Shown in pieces: positions 1 to 9,726 of a stretch of DNA of 64,000 nt. The translations under genes and the position numbers were made by a program. Below the pieces are notes generated by a model. The model saw nothing but the letters and a program-made list of their open reading frames with translations, made no database searches and had not been told where the DNA came from. Location of the stretch: assembly GCA_012521345.1 (NCBI GenBank), contig JAAYMN010000066.1:5376-69375 (forward strand). The letters are read 5' to 3'. Position 1 is the stretch's first letter. Each line of letters starts with the position of its first letter. The DNA comes from Bacillota bacterium. GTDB taxonomy: Bacteria; Bacillota; Dethiobacteria; Dethiobacterales; Dethiobacteraceae.

Positions 1-44
1 GGCGCAAGCCGCGTCGGCCAGCCGCCACCGGCAAAGGCTTCCTT

Positions 45-91
45 GCATCTGCAAGCAAACGTCCCTGGTTGTCCAACACAGCCAGGGACGT
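45..91 (-). terminator. Putative intrinsic terminator downstream of nusB
   Basis: Perfect 10-bp inverted repeat acgtccctgg (59-68) / ccagggacgt (82-91) with a 13-nt loop. On the minus strand it is followed by TTTGCTTGC. Confidence 0.45.
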
Positions 92-123
92 AGTGTAGCA
101 TGATGTATCAATACCGACAAACA

Positions 124-543
124 TTAGCTAACCACCCCGTCGCCCGAACGCTCCCGGGCAATTTTGTCCAGCACGCCGTTTAAAAACTTGGCCGATTCTT
201 CACTGTCGTAGCGCTTGCATAATTCCAGCGCTTCATTAATGGCAACAGCGGCGGGAATATCGGGACAAAAAAGCAGTTCATAGGCAGCCAGGCGCAGAAT
301 GGCGCGGTCTACCGCTGCCAGACGGCTTAATTCCCAGCGCTGCAGGTAACGGCGGATCGCCTGATCAATAGTTTCTTGTTCCCTGACCGCCCCCTCCACC
401 AGCGCGCGGGCAAAGTTCACATATTCACCGCTCAACCCGCTTTCTTCCACCAGTGATGACAGGGCCGGCTCCGTTTCATTTTTTCCCAGGTCCCGCTGGA
501 ACAAAGTCTGAAAAGCTATCTCCCTTGCCAGTCGCCGGCTCAT
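124..543 (-). CDS. nusB: Transcription antitermination factor NusB
   Basis: MSRRLAREIAFQTLFQRDLG... AVDRAILRLAAYELLF...INEALELCKRY is the classic NusB pattern. The ATG at 543 was chosen over the long N-terminal extension of the track ORF (124..693). Confidence 0.93.
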   Translation of the reverse strand: MSRRLAREIAFQTLFQRDLGKNETEPALSSLVEESGLSGEYVNFARALVEGAVREQETIDQAIRRYLQRWELSRLAAVDRAILRLAAYELLFCPDIPAAVAINEALELCKRYDSEESAKFLNGVLDKIARERSGDGVVS

Positions 544-556
544 ACTTTCACTCCCG

Positions 557-775
557 TCACTCTCCGTCCGGCCAGAAACGCTGCAGAAATTGCTGCAGGC
601 CCTCATGGTTGTCGTAAATCCGGCCGATATACACGCCAAGCCCGATGCAGATAAAAAGCAACAGGCTGCGCCAGCCAAACAGCAAGATGGCAAGCCCGAT
701 AATCAACCCCACAAGGCCGCCGATTACTTTTCCCCAGTGTTCAGCCAGAAGCTGCCGCCAGGTTTTTGCCGACAT
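557..775 (-). CDS. Small integral membrane protein, DUF2273-like (Asp23 operon member)
   Basis: About 72 aa with two hydrophobic helices (VIGGLVGLIIGLAILLF / LLLFICIGLGVYIG). Its position after amaP is typical of asp23-amaP-DUF2273 modules. The internal ATG at 775 is preferred. Confidence 0.7.
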   Translation of the reverse strand: MSAKTWRQLLAEHWGKVIGGLVGLIIGLAILLFGWRSLLLFICIGLGVYIGRIYDNHEGLQQFLQRFWPDGE

Positions 776-797
776 GTCCACACCTTCCTTCGGTTCG

Positions 798-1334
798 TTA
801 ACGAGCCGTCTTGACAACATCGCCGGCCACATTTTCAATTAAAACTTTGATTTCCGCCACTGTCGTGCCGGTGGAATCCTCGACGTAACTTTTTACCAGC
901 TGCTGCAGTTCGGCGGTAACCTGCGGGATATTCTGGTCGGGGAGGGAAATGGCACGGAGAAAAATCACCAGACCCCGCTCCGTGTTAAGAATGCGTGTTT
1001 TTACTTCCCGCACGCTTTTGCTGCCGCGTGCCGCTTTCAGGACCAGCGTTTCCACCGCTTTAAAACTGGTTCTTACCTCACCCAGCGGCCCCATTTGGAC
1101 AATGGTCTGCTCGTTGTCCCCGCCCGGCCGCAAACTGCTTAGGAGGAAAAAGACGGCAAAGGCCAGAAGCAGGACGGAAAGGATGGCATACTCCACGCTG
1201 CCGGCAACAGCTTCAATGCTTGTCCGCAAAAGGGAAAGCGGGATCCATCCCATGGCAGCCCCTCCCATGATAACGGCCACTGCGCCCACTATGACGGCCA
1301 GCAGAATCAACAATAGTCTTTCTCGGGCTTTCAC
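798..1334 (-). CDS. amaP: Alkaline shock response membrane anchor protein AmaP-like
   Basis: Two N-terminal TM helices followed by a soluble domain. It lies immediately downstream of asp23, the conserved operon context. Confidence 0.75.
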   Translation of the reverse strand: MKARERLLLILLAVIVGAVAVIMGGAAMGWIPLSLLRTSIEAVAGSVEYAILSVLLLAFAVFFLLSSLRPGGDNEQTIVQMGPLGEVRTSFKAVETLVLKAARGSKSVREVKTRILNTERGLVIFLRAISLPDQNIPQVTAELQQLVKSYVEDSTGTTVAEIKVLIENVAGDVVKTAR

Positions 1335-1409
1335 TTGCTATTCCAACTCCTTTATGCCGTAGGATAGGGAAATGGCTGAAAGCCCCTGGAAGCACAGGGG
1401 CTTTTTCCG

Positions 1410-1811
1410 TTAACGTACACGCAGTTCCTCTTCGCCGTCATCCACCTTGCCTGTATCGAAGCTGACACCCTGGACATGGACGTTGATTCTTTTCACTTCC
1501 AGACCGGTCATGGATTCAACAGCCTGTTTGCAGCGTTCCTGAATTTTCCAGGCCACATCCGGAATGCGAGTGCCGTAGCGGACTAAGACATAAATATCAA
1601 TTGCGGCCTGCTTTTCTCCCACTTCAACCTTAATCCCCTTGGAAAGGTTGCGTTTTCCCAGCATATCGGCAATACCACCGGCAATACCGCCGCTCATTCC
1701 GGCCACGCCTTCCACCTCGGAGGCGGCAATGCCGGCAATAATAGCTACTACTTCATCGGCAATTCTGATACTCCCCAGCGCTGTCGGGGTAACATCCTCC
1801 TGTATGGACAA
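1410..1811 (-). CDS. asp23: Asp23/Gls24 family envelope stress response protein
   Basis: GSIRIADEVVAIIAGIAASEVEGVAGMSGG...KGIKVEVGEKQAAIDIYVLVRYGTRIPDVAWKIQE is the canonical Asp23 pattern. Confidence 0.9.
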   Translation of the reverse strand: MSIQEDVTPTALGSIRIADEVVAIIAGIAASEVEGVAGMSGGIAGGIADMLGKRNLSKGIKVEVGEKQAAIDIYVLVRYGTRIPDVAWKIQERCKQAVESMTGLEVKRINVHVQGVSFDTGKVDDGEEELRVR

Positions 1812-1905
1812 CGATTACACCTCCCAAATTACAACTCTTGCTATATCATTCTATATTATACCAAAGAAACGCAGGCAAAACAATCTTTCGCCCGTGCCGG
1901 ACAGG

Positions 1906-2547
1906 TTATTCTTTGCCCGGCATTTCGCCGTGCTCCAGGACGGCGATATTCTCCATCCTCACACCCATGGCATTGCTGACTGTTTCTGCAATCTGCAAAA
2001 ACTGCTCCTCATTCAGTTTAGCCGCCTGCACCACCACACTGGCCTGGCCGTCCTTTCTGAAAACAATGGCCTCCCTGTAGCCTTGTGCTTTCAGCATGTT
2101 CTCCACCAGCAGCTCTTCTTCCATGGCGGCGGTTAGGGCCAAAAGCTGTGCTTCCGCTTTTTTCTTCCCCTCCGGTGAAATGTTGGGGTTTTCAAGCATC
2201 TGTTCCAGCATTTCAATCTCATTTGCCCGTACACGTTCCCGCTGCAGGCGGTATTCAACAAAAAAGTCCCGGCTGTTTTCCAAATCCCACTCTTTTAGAT
2301 CCAGCCCTGGGCCGGCAGACGCTTCTTCCGCTCCTTCACCGGCCGTCTCTTCCCCTGCCGCAGCCAAGTTTTGTGTCTCACCGCCGTCCCAGACTTCCGT
2401 CTCCTCCTGGTCCGCTTCCTGCGCCGGTGCCACCGGTTTGCCGATGGTAATCCGCCCTTCCCGGTTTTGTTTTACATACCAGAGGGCGGCTGCAGCGACG
2501 AGCAAAATAAGGACGAGAAGCAGTTTTCTCTGGTTTTCAGGACGCAT
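1906..2547 (-). CDS. spoIIIAH: Stage III sporulation protein AH
   Basis: N-terminal TM helix. FFVEYRLQRERVRANEIEMLEQML...AEAQLLAL...ENMLKAQGY..AIVF matches SpoIIIAH. It is the last gene of the spoIIIA operon. Confidence 0.88.
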   Translation of the reverse strand: MRPENQRKLLLVLILLVAAAALWYVKQNREGRITIGKPVAPAQEADQEETEVWDGGETQNLAAAGEETAGEGAEEASAGPGLDLKEWDLENSRDFFVEYRLQRERVRANEIEMLEQMLENPNISPEGKKKAEAQLLALTAAMEEELLVENMLKAQGYREAIVFRKDGQASVVVQAAKLNEEQFLQIAETVSNAMGVRMENIAVLEHGEMPGKE

Positions 2548-2566
2548 TTTTTCCCTCCTTTTTCAT

Positions 2567-3202
2567 TCAATCCATTGGCAGGACTTTCACCCGGTGCGCC
2601 GGCAGGTTGAGGGCCGAGCTGACCGCCTGGGTCACATCGAACAAAAGCTGTGCCCCGCCGCTGCCTTTCACCGTTACCATGACGCCGGCAATTCGCGGCG
2701 TCCATTCCCGGATAACCACCGCTTCCTGCCCGCTGCCGTTTTGGGACATTACAGCCTCCACCCTGGCGGTGTTCTCACCGACCAGCCGGGTTCCGCCGCT
2801 GCCGTCTTCTTCTTCCGTGGTGCGCTTTGTGTTTTCCTCGTTCTGCAGGTAATCGTAGACCGGTCCGCTGTCCAGGGTAACCATCACTTTGACTTCTTTC
2901 ACCCCGGCCACACTTTCCAGCCCCTGCTGCAATTCCCGCTCCAACTGTGCCTTGTAAGCCAAAAGAAAACCGGCCCCGCCTCCCCCGCCCGCATCCTGCG
3001 GCACTGCCGCTCCCTCTTTGCTCGCGGGTGACGCGATAAAATACATGCAGTAAACCCCCAGGGCAAGAAGAGCAATAATAACCCAGGCGGGTATATTTCC
3101 CTTGCCCTTATTATTTCCCTTTCCGCCGGTGATTTCCGCAAGCCGCTGCCAGATACTGTCTGTCATTTCCTGTTTCACCTCTTCTTTCGGCATTTTCTCC
3201 AC
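2567..3202 (-). CDS. spoIIIAG: Stage III sporulation protein AG
   Basis: TM helix plus a C-terminal ring-building motif region (VKEVKVMVTLDSG...PRIAGVMVTVKGSG..LLFDVTQAVSSALNLPAHRVKVLPM). Operon position agrees. Confidence 0.88.
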   Translation of the reverse strand: MEKMPKEEVKQEMTDSIWQRLAEITGGKGNNKGKGNIPAWVIIALLALGVYCMYFIASPASKEGAAVPQDAGGGGGAGFLLAYKAQLERELQQGLESVAGVKEVKVMVTLDSGPVYDYLQNEENTKRTTEEEDGSGGTRLVGENTARVEAVMSQNGSGQEAVVIREWTPRIAGVMVTVKGSGGAQLLFDVTQAVSSALNLPAHRVKVLPMD

Positions 3203-3232
3203 TTACCCGGCCCGGCCGGGACGTTTTAGCTT

Positions 3233-3832
3233 TTAATCCGCAAGCATCCACACCTCCACAACATGCCGTGAAACTCCCAAGGCTTGTATAATGCTTTCTT
3301 CAAGGTCAGGTGCGCGTCTGCCCGCAGGCGCCTCGCTCTTTTCCGCCCTCTTGCCGATTTCCACCTTCTCGACCGGCTGCACAATCCCCACCGGCTGCTG
3401 CTTTGCCTCCCGGGCAAGGACATAAATCTTGCGAGGTGTACCAAATTGCGGGTGGTTAACATCCTCCTCCAGGGCAAATTCCAGGGCAACGGGCTCCCTG
3501 CCGCTTGCCTGAAGCAGCCCCGTAATTTTCTCCTCGATCAGTTCCCGGTAGCGGTCAAGCGTCATTTCCCAGTTAACCTGCTCCAGCTCGGCCAGCCGTG
3601 CCGCCACATCATCATTGCTGACAGCTTCCCGGATTTTCAGCACGGGTTCTTTCAGCCACGGCAGCAACGGCAGCGAGCGCAGCGGCATAAGCAGCATCAG
3701 TATCAGCACCAGACCCACCACCATGTTGACAAAAGGGCGGAAATCCTTGCGCGGCAAAAGCAGTTCCAGGACGGCCACCATGATGACAAGAATGACGAGA
3801 TTGCGAACCATATCAGAAAGGACGGCAAGCAT
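3233..3832 (-). CDS. spoIIIAF: Stage III sporulation protein AF
   Basis: MVRNLVILVIMVAVLELLLPRKDFRPFVNMVVGLVLILMLLMPL is a typical SpoIIIAF N-terminus. Operon position agrees. Confidence 0.88.
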   Translation of the reverse strand: MLAVLSDMVRNLVILVIMVAVLELLLPRKDFRPFVNMVVGLVLILMLLMPLRSLPLLPWLKEPVLKIREAVSNDDVAARLAELEQVNWEMTLDRYRELIEEKITGLLQASGREPVALEFALEEDVNHPQFGTPRKIYVLAREAKQQPVGIVQPVEKVEIGKRAEKSEAPAGRRAPDLEESIIQALGVSRHVVEVWMLAD

Positions 3833-3840
3833 TTTACCAC

Positions 3841-5004
3841 CTACCTTAACATGAAAGAGGCGTTGCCGGCGCCGGCAATAATGGTAATACCCAGGTAGAA
3901 AATGATGCTCACCACAGCCACAGCCGCAAAGACCAGGGCCAGGCAGTTGCCCATGGTATTCAGCGAATCGCAGAGGCTTGTATCCCCCAGGGGCTGGATC
4001 AGGGCGGCCGCCAGCTTATAAATGAAAACCAGGGCCAAAATTTTAATCAGTGGAAAAATCACCAGGGCAAAAAGGATAAAAACGCCGGCTACATGCACCG
4101 CATTCTTTAAAATCAGGGTTGCCCCCGCCACCGTTTCCACCGCATCGGAAAGCAGGCCGCCCACCACCGGCAGAAAAGCGCCGGCGGCAAATTTAGCCGT
4201 GCGAATGGTGACCGCATCCCCCACGGAAGAAGCAACCCCGTGGACAGTCATGAGGCCGACAAAGATGGTCATAGACAGTCCCATGCCCCAGACGGCCACA
4301 TTTTTCAACAGCTCGGCCAGTTTGCTCACAGTAACACGCGGTGAAAAATGATTCACAAGGGAGAGGATGGTGGTCAGGTAAATCAGGGGAAACACCGCAT
4401 CCCGGGTGAGAGAGGCAAAAAAATTCACGGCAAAAACAATAAGCGGGCGGAAAATTGCCGCCGAAGCCAGGCTGCCCAGGGCTGCCAGCAATGCCAGAAG
4501 CAGCGGGATGACAGCCAGGATCAAATCCGCCATTTTGTTGACGGTTTCCCGCCCCAGGGCAACCGCCGCACTGAAACTTTGCATGGCGATTACAATCAGG
4601 GCAAGATAGATAATAGCCTGTGTCAGGCCGGCAATGTTTTCGTTGGCAAAAGCTTTCTCCAGGTTTTTCAGCAGCGCCGCCACTACCGCCAAAAAAAGCA
4701 GTTTCCCGAGCAGGTTCAGGTTAAGATAAAGTTCCCGCCAGAGGAAACGCCACAAACCGGTAAAGACCTCTCCCAGGGAGACTTCTTGTCCCCCGCGGAA
4801 CCATTCCAGGATAGTGGCAAAATTTATCTCAGGCAGGTATTCCTCAGTCTCCTCTTGCAGTTCATGCCAAAAAGCTTCAATTTCCGCAAGATCTATCTGC
4901 TCCAGCTGCTGTCTGGCAAGCTCCTGCGGACTTGTCGCCCAAACCGGGGAGCTGCCGGTAAAAGCAAGCAGCACGACAGATAAAACCACAAAAAATTTTT
5001 TCAT
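3841..5004 (-). CDS. spoIIIAE: Stage III sporulation protein AE
   Basis: Signal peptide followed by a polytopic membrane protein, placed between spoIIIAD and AF. The ATG at 5004 (MKKFFVV) follows AGGTG; the track ORF extends to 5022. Confidence 0.88.
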   Translation of the reverse strand: MKKFFVVLSVVLLAFTGSSPVWATSPQELARQQLEQIDLAEIEAFWHELQEETEEYLPEINFATILEWFRGGQEVSLGEVFTGLWRFLWRELYLNLNLLGKLLFLAVVAALLKNLEKAFANENIAGLTQAIIYLALIVIAMQSFSAAVALGRETVNKMADLILAVIPLLLALLAALGSLASAAIFRPLIVFAVNFFASLTRDAVFPLIYLTTILSLVNHFSPRVTVSKLAELLKNVAVWGMGLSMTIFVGLMTVHGVASSVGDAVTIRTAKFAAGAFLPVVGGLLSDAVETVAGATLILKNAVHVAGVFILFALVIFPLIKILALVFIYKLAAALIQPLGDTSLCDSLNTMGNCLALVFAAVAVVSIIFYLGITIIAGAGNASFMLR

Positions 5005-5011
5005 GACACAC

Positions 5012-5398
5012 CTACGGTACAAATTTGAGAATTGTTTCCAGCACGGCCGTCAGCAACGGCATGGCCAGCACCAGGATTAACAGTTTGCCGGCAAACTCAA
5101 CCTTGCCGGCAATAACGCTTTCACCCGCATCGCGGCAGATTTGGGAGGCGAATTCGGCAATGTAAGCAATGCCGATAATCCTCAGCAGTGTATTCAGGTA
5201 AACCAGGGAGATGCTGGTCTGCAAGGTCATCTCCGTAAGGTAGGAAATTAGCGACGACAAGTAGGTGACAACACGCAGAAAAATCAACACTCCTGCCACC
5301 ACGGCAACCATGGCGGCATAGAAAGGCTTGTATTCCCGCAACACCATTGACATAAAGGCGGCAATCAGTGCAAAAGCCACAATCCGGATGATTTCCAC
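5012..5398 (-). CDS. spoIIIAD: Stage III sporulation protein AD
   Basis: 128-aa four-helix membrane protein with ...IGIAYIAEFASQICRDAGE..., the SpoIIIAD signature. Confidence 0.88.
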   Translation of the reverse strand: MEIIRIVAFALIAAFMSMVLREYKPFYAAMVAVVAGVLIFLRVVTYLSSLISYLTEMTLQTSISLVYLNTLLRIIGIAYIAEFASQICRDAGESVIAGKVEFAGKLLILVLAMPLLTAVLETILKFVP

Positions 5399-5436
5399 TA
5401 AACTCTTCCTTTCTCGTGCTGCCTCTCTTGCGGCTG

Positions 5437-5640
5437 CTACAAATTAAAAATAGTTTTAATGCTGGAGAAAAGTTCGCTAATCAGCTGGATAACCATCAAC
5501 AACACTACGATCACGCCGCCCAGGGTCAGCATTTGTGCCTGCTCCTCTTTCCCGGCCTGTTTCAGGACAATGTTCAGTACGGAAATAAAAATCCCGATGC
5601 CGGCAATACGAAAAATGAGATCAACATTAAATCCGCTCAT
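5437..5640 (-). CDS. spoIIIAC: Stage III sporulation protein AC
   Basis: 67-aa two-helix protein (FRIAGIGIFISVLNIVLKQAGKEEQAQMLTLGGV). Operon position agrees. Confidence 0.88.
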   Translation of the reverse strand: MSGFNVDLIFRIAGIGIFISVLNIVLKQAGKEEQAQMLTLGGVIVVLLMVIQLISELFSSIKTIFNL

Positions 5641-5665
5641 GCTTTCGCTCCCTTCTCGAATCAGA

Positions 5666-6190
5666 CTAGAGCAGCAGGATCACTACAGCCATCCCTGTCA
5701 ACACTCCCAAGTAGCGCCACATCTTTTCCCCGCTTGCCGCCTGCGCGGCAGCCGCCGCGGCATGGTCGGCCAGCTGGGCTTCCGCCGCGCTCAATTGTTT
5801 CAGCTGGTCTTCCCTGCCCAGACCGCCCAGCCCGGCAGCCGCCCGGGAAAGCACAGCCCAGTCTTTTGCTGTCAGTTGCAGCCTGTTTTGCAGGCACCGG
5901 GCTGTCTCCAGCCAGGCCGTACCCGCATCGGCGGCCGCGGCTCCCTGCAGCCTGCGGGTGACAGAAAGAAAAAAAGATTGCACTGCTTCCGTCTCCATAC
6001 GGCAGGCGACCTGCTCCAGAGCCCGTGGCAGCGGCGTAGCCGTATACCCGACTTCCGCCGCCAGCAAGCGCAGTGCCAGGCGAAACTCCTCCAACTGCCG
6101 GAGGCGGCCGCGCAGTTTGGCAATCTCCATATTGCCCCACAGAATTGTGGCGGACAAAATCAGCATGGCACCGAAAGCTTTAGCCCACAT
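5666..6190 (-). CDS. spoIIIAB: Stage III sporulation protein AB
   Basis: N- and C-terminal TM helices flanking a GspF-like soluble domain. The start at ATG 6190 (MWAKAFGAML) overlaps the spoIIIAA stop; the track ORF runs to 6304. Confidence 0.85.
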   Translation of the reverse strand: MWAKAFGAMLILSATILWGNMEIAKLRGRLRQLEEFRLALRLLAAEVGYTATPLPRALEQVACRMETEAVQSFFLSVTRRLQGAAAADAGTAWLETARCLQNRLQLTAKDWAVLSRAAAGLGGLGREDQLKQLSAAEAQLADHAAAAAAQAASGEKMWRYLGVLTGMAVVILLL

Positions 6191-7211
6191 TGCTCCTGTC
6201 CTCCGTGCGCCACCACTTTCGGACAGCTTCCCCTGCATATACTGCTTCAATGGTACCGGGGCCGTGGCGCCTGGATAAAACGACAACCCGCTCAAAAAAA
6301 GCATTTTCCAATAAATATGCCAGGCCGGGGCGTTTTATGAGCTCCGCCGGATTTTCCCCGTGGGCGGTGGTGATCACGCTGGCTCCCGTCGTGACCGCTT
6401 CCTCCACCGCGCGGACATCCTCGGGCCGTCCCAGTTCATCCGCTACCAGCACCTGCGGCGACATGGAGCGTATCAGCATCATCATGCCTTCCGCCTTGGG
6501 GCAGCCGTCCAGCACGTCGGTGCGCATCCCTACATCAAGCTGCGGTTCGCCACGAAAGCACCCTGCAATTTCCGACCGCTCATCCACTATCCCAACCTTC
6601 AGCCCGGGGCGCCCTTCCCTGGCATCACCGTCGGAAAGCAGTCTGGCCAGGTCCCGGAGCATGGTGGTTTTTCCTGCCTGCGGCGGTGAGACAAGCAACG
6701 TGTGGTAGACCCTTTTTTTTTGGCGACAGTAAACATGGGGCAAAAGCTGCAGCGCCGCACCCTTGATTTGCCGGGCAATGCGGATATTAACCGCGTTTAT
6801 GTCGCGCAGCAGCTTTACCCTGCCGTCTTCCAGCACTGTCCGCCCGGCGAAGCCCGCCCTGTGCCCCCCCGGCAAGGCAAGGTAGCCGCGTTTTAGCTCC
6901 TCATCCCGCGCATAGAGGGAAAACTCCGTCATGGCTAAAAGCACCTGCTGCAGTTCCGCCGCCGTCAGGCGCAGCGCCTCCGCCGCCGACCCCGCCACCC
7001 CGCGCTCCCCGCTAAAAAATTCCCCTCGCCCGGTCTGCAAAAGCAGGGGTTGTCCCGCCCGCAGCCGGATTTCTTCCAGTTCCCGGGCCACTTCCGGCGG
7101 CAGGGCAGCCAGTGCCGTCCTGATCCTGGGCGGCAGAAGCGGCACGATATGTTTTTGCCAGCCGCGCTCTCCCATCTTGATCACCACTATATCTATATGG
7201 GGACATGCCAC
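6180..7211 (-). CDS. spoIIIAA: Stage III sporulation protein AA (AAA+ secretion-type ATPase)
   Basis: Walker A SPPQAGKTTMLRDLARLL and Walker B-like VLVADELG. LPPEVARELEEIRLRAGQPLLL resembles the SpoIIIAA N-terminus. The start is either GTG 7211 or ATG 7175. Confidence 0.88.
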   Translation of the reverse strand: MACPHIDIVVIKMGERGWQKHIVPLLPPRIRTALAALPPEVARELEEIRLRAGQPLLLQTGRGEFFSGERGVAGSAAEALRLTAAELQQVLLAMTEFSLYARDEELKRGYLALPGGHRAGFAGRTVLEDGRVKLLRDINAVNIRIARQIKGAALQLLPHVYCRQKKRVYHTLLVSPPQAGKTTMLRDLARLLSDGDAREGRPGLKVGIVDERSEIAGCFRGEPQLDVGMRTDVLDGCPKAEGMMMLIRSMSPQVLVADELGRPEDVRAVEEAVTTGASVITTAHGENPAELIKRPGLAYLLENAFFERVVVLSRRHGPGTIEAVYAGEAVRKWWRTEDRSNVG

Positions 7212-7380
7212 CCTTTATGCCACAAACATGCCCGGTAAAACGGCCCTTCCCGGTCTCACCCAACTTCGCAGGCAGCCTTGCCTGTGGAACCGCCGCCGGC
7301 AGATGCTGCTTCAGATGCGTTTTCGCAACACGCTCTTCAGCATGCCGCCCAGGCAGATACTGCCGCCTGCATATACTGCA

Positions 7381-7459
7381 AATAAAAAAACGGCCCCGGT
7401 GGAGGCCGGCCTGTAACATGGCAAAAAAAAAAGCTCAACTGGTGCAATTGAGCTTTTTA
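7381..7459 (-). terminator. Two tandem intrinsic terminators after the acidic zinc-ribbon gene
   Basis: Hairpin agctcaa(7432-38)/ttgagct(7448-54) is flanked by an A9 run, giving a U-run on the minus strand. A second GC hairpin cggcc(7391-95)/ggccg(7405-09) is followed on the minus strand by TTTTTTTATTT. Confidence 0.65.
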
Positions 7460-7487
7460 CCGGTTTGCCGTAAAACTGTGGGACTTT

Positions 7488-7967
7488 TCATTCCGCTTTT
7501 TCTTTGTCTTCTGCTTTGTATTCACCGAAATCCTCGTAATCTTCTTTATCATTGACAAAAACTACCCGCTCGCAATTGGGGCACAGTATTTCCACCACAT
7601 CATCATCTTCCAGCATATCGTCATCTATGTAGACTATTTCATGACACTCGGGGCATTCAACGGAAAACACTTCGTCATCGTCGTCAAAATCAGTTTCTTC
7701 CTCTTCCTCAGCCTCATCTTTATCCTCATCTTCATCATCAAAGTCGTCATAGAAGTCGTCTTCCAGGTCATTTAAGTCTTCATCAATCGCTTCCGTGTAA
7801 TCGGCAAGCTCGGCATAATCCTCCTGCAGTTTTGTCACCGCATCGGCCAGAACATCAAACAAGTCAATCATGTGGCGAAAAAGCTTCCCCTCGCGGCTGC
7901 TCTCATCCAGGCCAAGTCCTTCGGCCAGTCCTTTAACATACGCAACACGGGCTTTCAAGCCATCCAT
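7488..7967 (-). CDS. Conserved acidic protein with C-terminal CxxC...CxxC zinc ribbon (CD1247 N-terminal-domain family)
   Basis: MDGLKARVAYVKGLAEGLGLDESS...FRHMIDLFDVLADAV is followed by a long D/E tract and then CPECHEIVY...CPNCERVVF. The position between efp and spoIIIA is conserved in Clostridia. Confidence 0.7.
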   Translation of the reverse strand: MDGLKARVAYVKGLAEGLGLDESSREGKLFRHMIDLFDVLADAVTKLQEDYAELADYTEAIDEDLNDLEDDFYDDFDDEDEDKDEAEEEEETDFDDDDEVFSVECPECHEIVYIDDDMLEDDDVVEILCPNCERVVFVNDKEDYEDFGEYKAEDKEKAE

Positions 7968-8008
7968 CGGGCAGATTCCTCCTTAAGAATATTTAGGCTT
8001 CCGGGGCG

Positions 8009-8566
8009 TTATATCCGCTCCAGGTATTCGCCGGTCCGGGTATCAATGCGCAGGGTATCACCAACATTGACAAAGAAAGGAACCTGCACTACCAGGCCGG
8101 TTTCCAGCTTGGCAGGCTTGGAGCCGCCGGAAGCCGTGTCCCCTTTGATACCCGGTTCTGTGTCCACAACAACCAGTTCCACAAAATTGGGCAATTCCAC
8201 GCCAAACACTTTATCCTGGTAGAAAAGGACGGTAACATTCATATTTTCTTTCAGATACTTAACCCCGTCGCCGATCTGGTCCCTGGTCAGGACGTACTGC
8301 TCATACGTCTCATTGTCCATAACGTAATATTCGTCGCCGGAATTGTAAAGATACTGCATTTCCCGGCGGTCCATCATGGCACGCTCCATTTTTTCCCCGG
8401 CCCGGAAAGTACGTTCGGTAACGGCACCGGTACGGGCGTTTTTCAACTTGGTGCGGACAAAGGCGGAACCTTTACCCGGTTTGACATGCTGGAACTCCAC
8501 AATGGTGTATACCTCTCCGTCCACCTCAATTGTCAGGCCTGTCCGAAAATCGCTTGTTGAAATCAT
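8009..8566 (-). CDS. efp: Elongation factor P
   Basis: [43 protein letters not shown]... is near-canonical EF-P. Confidence 0.97.
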   Translation of the reverse strand: MISTSDFRTGLTIEVDGEVYTIVEFQHVKPGKGSAFVRTKLKNARTGAVTERTFRAGEKMERAMMDRREMQYLYNSGDEYYVMDNETYEQYVLTRDQIGDGVKYLKENMNVTVLFYQDKVFGVELPNFVELVVVDTEPGIKGDTASGGSKPAKLETGLVVQVPFFVNVGDTLRIDTRTGEYLERI

Positions 8567-8579
8567 CTTGACTCCTCCA

Positions 8580-9647
8580 CTAAATACAGAATAATTCCTT
8601 GGGACTTTTTGTCAGATTGCGGTTACCGTCATTCGTAATAACCACCATATCTTCAATGCGGATGCCGAATTCCCCTTTAAAGTAAACTCCGGGCTCCACA
8701 GTAACCACCATGCCGGGCTCCAAAACAACATCACCGGCGGCAGGCGACAGCCTGGGCGCTTCGTGTATTTCCAGCCCCACACCGTGTCCCAGCCCGTGGC
8801 CGAAATACTCCGCCCACCCCAGCCCCTGCAGCACATCCCGGGCAAGCGCATCGCCTTCCCGGCCGCTTAACCCGGCCCGCAGCCGTTCCAGGGCATTCTT
8901 TTGCGCCGCAAGCACCGCATTGTAGACCTGCCGCTGCCTGTCGGAAACGTCACCGATAAAAACTGTCCTGGTCATGTCCGAGCAATAACCGTCGACCACA
9001 CAGCCAAAGTCAAGCACCACCGCATCACCGGGTGCCAGTTTTTTCTGCGAGGCAACGCCGTGGGGCAGGGCTGACCTTGCCCCCGAGGCGACAATCATGG
9101 CAAAAGACATTCCGCCGGCGCCGCGCCTGCGCAGGAAAAATTCCGCCTCCAGGGCTATTTCCGCTTCTGTCATACCTGCTTTCATCTGCCTGAGCAAGTG
9201 GGCGAACGCCTCGTCTGTCAGTGCCTGGGCTCTCGCAATGGCATCAATTTCCGCTTTGCTTTTAATGCGGCGCACTACTTTTACCGGAGAGTCGGTCTCC
9301 TGCAGTCTTAGGTCCGCACAGGCGGCAGCGAGAGCGGCAAATTCTTTCACTGTAAGGTGATCGGCTTCCACCGCCAGGGCAGAAACACCTGTCCCGCCAA
9401 GGAGTTCTGCAATCCGTTTCCAGCCGTCGCCGGCAGTGTCTGTCACAGTAAAAGCAGGAGCCTGTGCCTCCGCCTGCTCCAGGTACCGGAAGTCAGTCAG
9501 CAACCAGGCATCCTGTTCAGTAATGAGCAGCATCCCGGCAGTACCGGTAAACCCGCTGAGATAGACTACATTAACCGGATTAGTTACAAGCAAAGCTTCA
9601 ATCTTTTCTTTTTGCAAAAGCTGTCTTAGTCTCGTTAAATGTTCCAT
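8580..9647 (-). CDS. pepP: Xaa-Pro aminopeptidase / M24 family metallopeptidase
   Basis: Creatinase-like N-terminal domain plus the M24 metal-ligand motifs ([40 protein letters not shown]). The start is set at ATG 9647 ([11 protein letters not shown]). The upstream 95 codons of the track ORF are non-coding read-through. Confidence 0.9.
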   Translation of the reverse strand: MEHLTRLRQLLQKEKIEALLVTNPVNVVYLSGFTGTAGMLLITEQDAWLLTDFRYLEQAEAQAPAFTVTDTAGDGWKRIAELLGGTGVSALAVEADHLTVKEFAALAAACADLRLQETDSPVKVVRRIKSKAEIDAIARAQALTDEAFAHLLRQMKAGMTEAEIALEAEFFLRRRGAGGMSFAMIVASGARSALPHGVASQKKLAPGDAVVLDFGCVVDGYCSDMTRTVFIGDVSDRQRQVYNAVLAAQKNALERLRAGLSGREGDALARDVLQGLGWAEYFGHGLGHGVGLEIHEAPRLSPAAGDVVLEPGMVVTVEPGVYFKGEFGIRIEDMVVITNDGNRNLTKSPKELFCI

Positions 9648-9726
9648 TGCTTTCTCCCATCTCTTTAACGGATAGTATTTCGCTCTTCCGGAAAAAAAAT
9701 CCTTCTCTTTGCTGAAAACATAGAGA

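Noticed and set aside
2096-3031. Long plus-strand ORFs antisense to known genes. Examples are 2096..3031, 5459..6340, 13572..14696, 14718..15680, 16814..17599, 53007..53792 and others in the track.
   Set aside because: They lie opposite well-supported genes (spoIIIA, pilB, pilM, SDR and others). Their products are Arg/Pro/Ser/Ala-rich low-complexity sequences typical of antisense frames in G+C-rich DNA, and they have no recognisable motifs.
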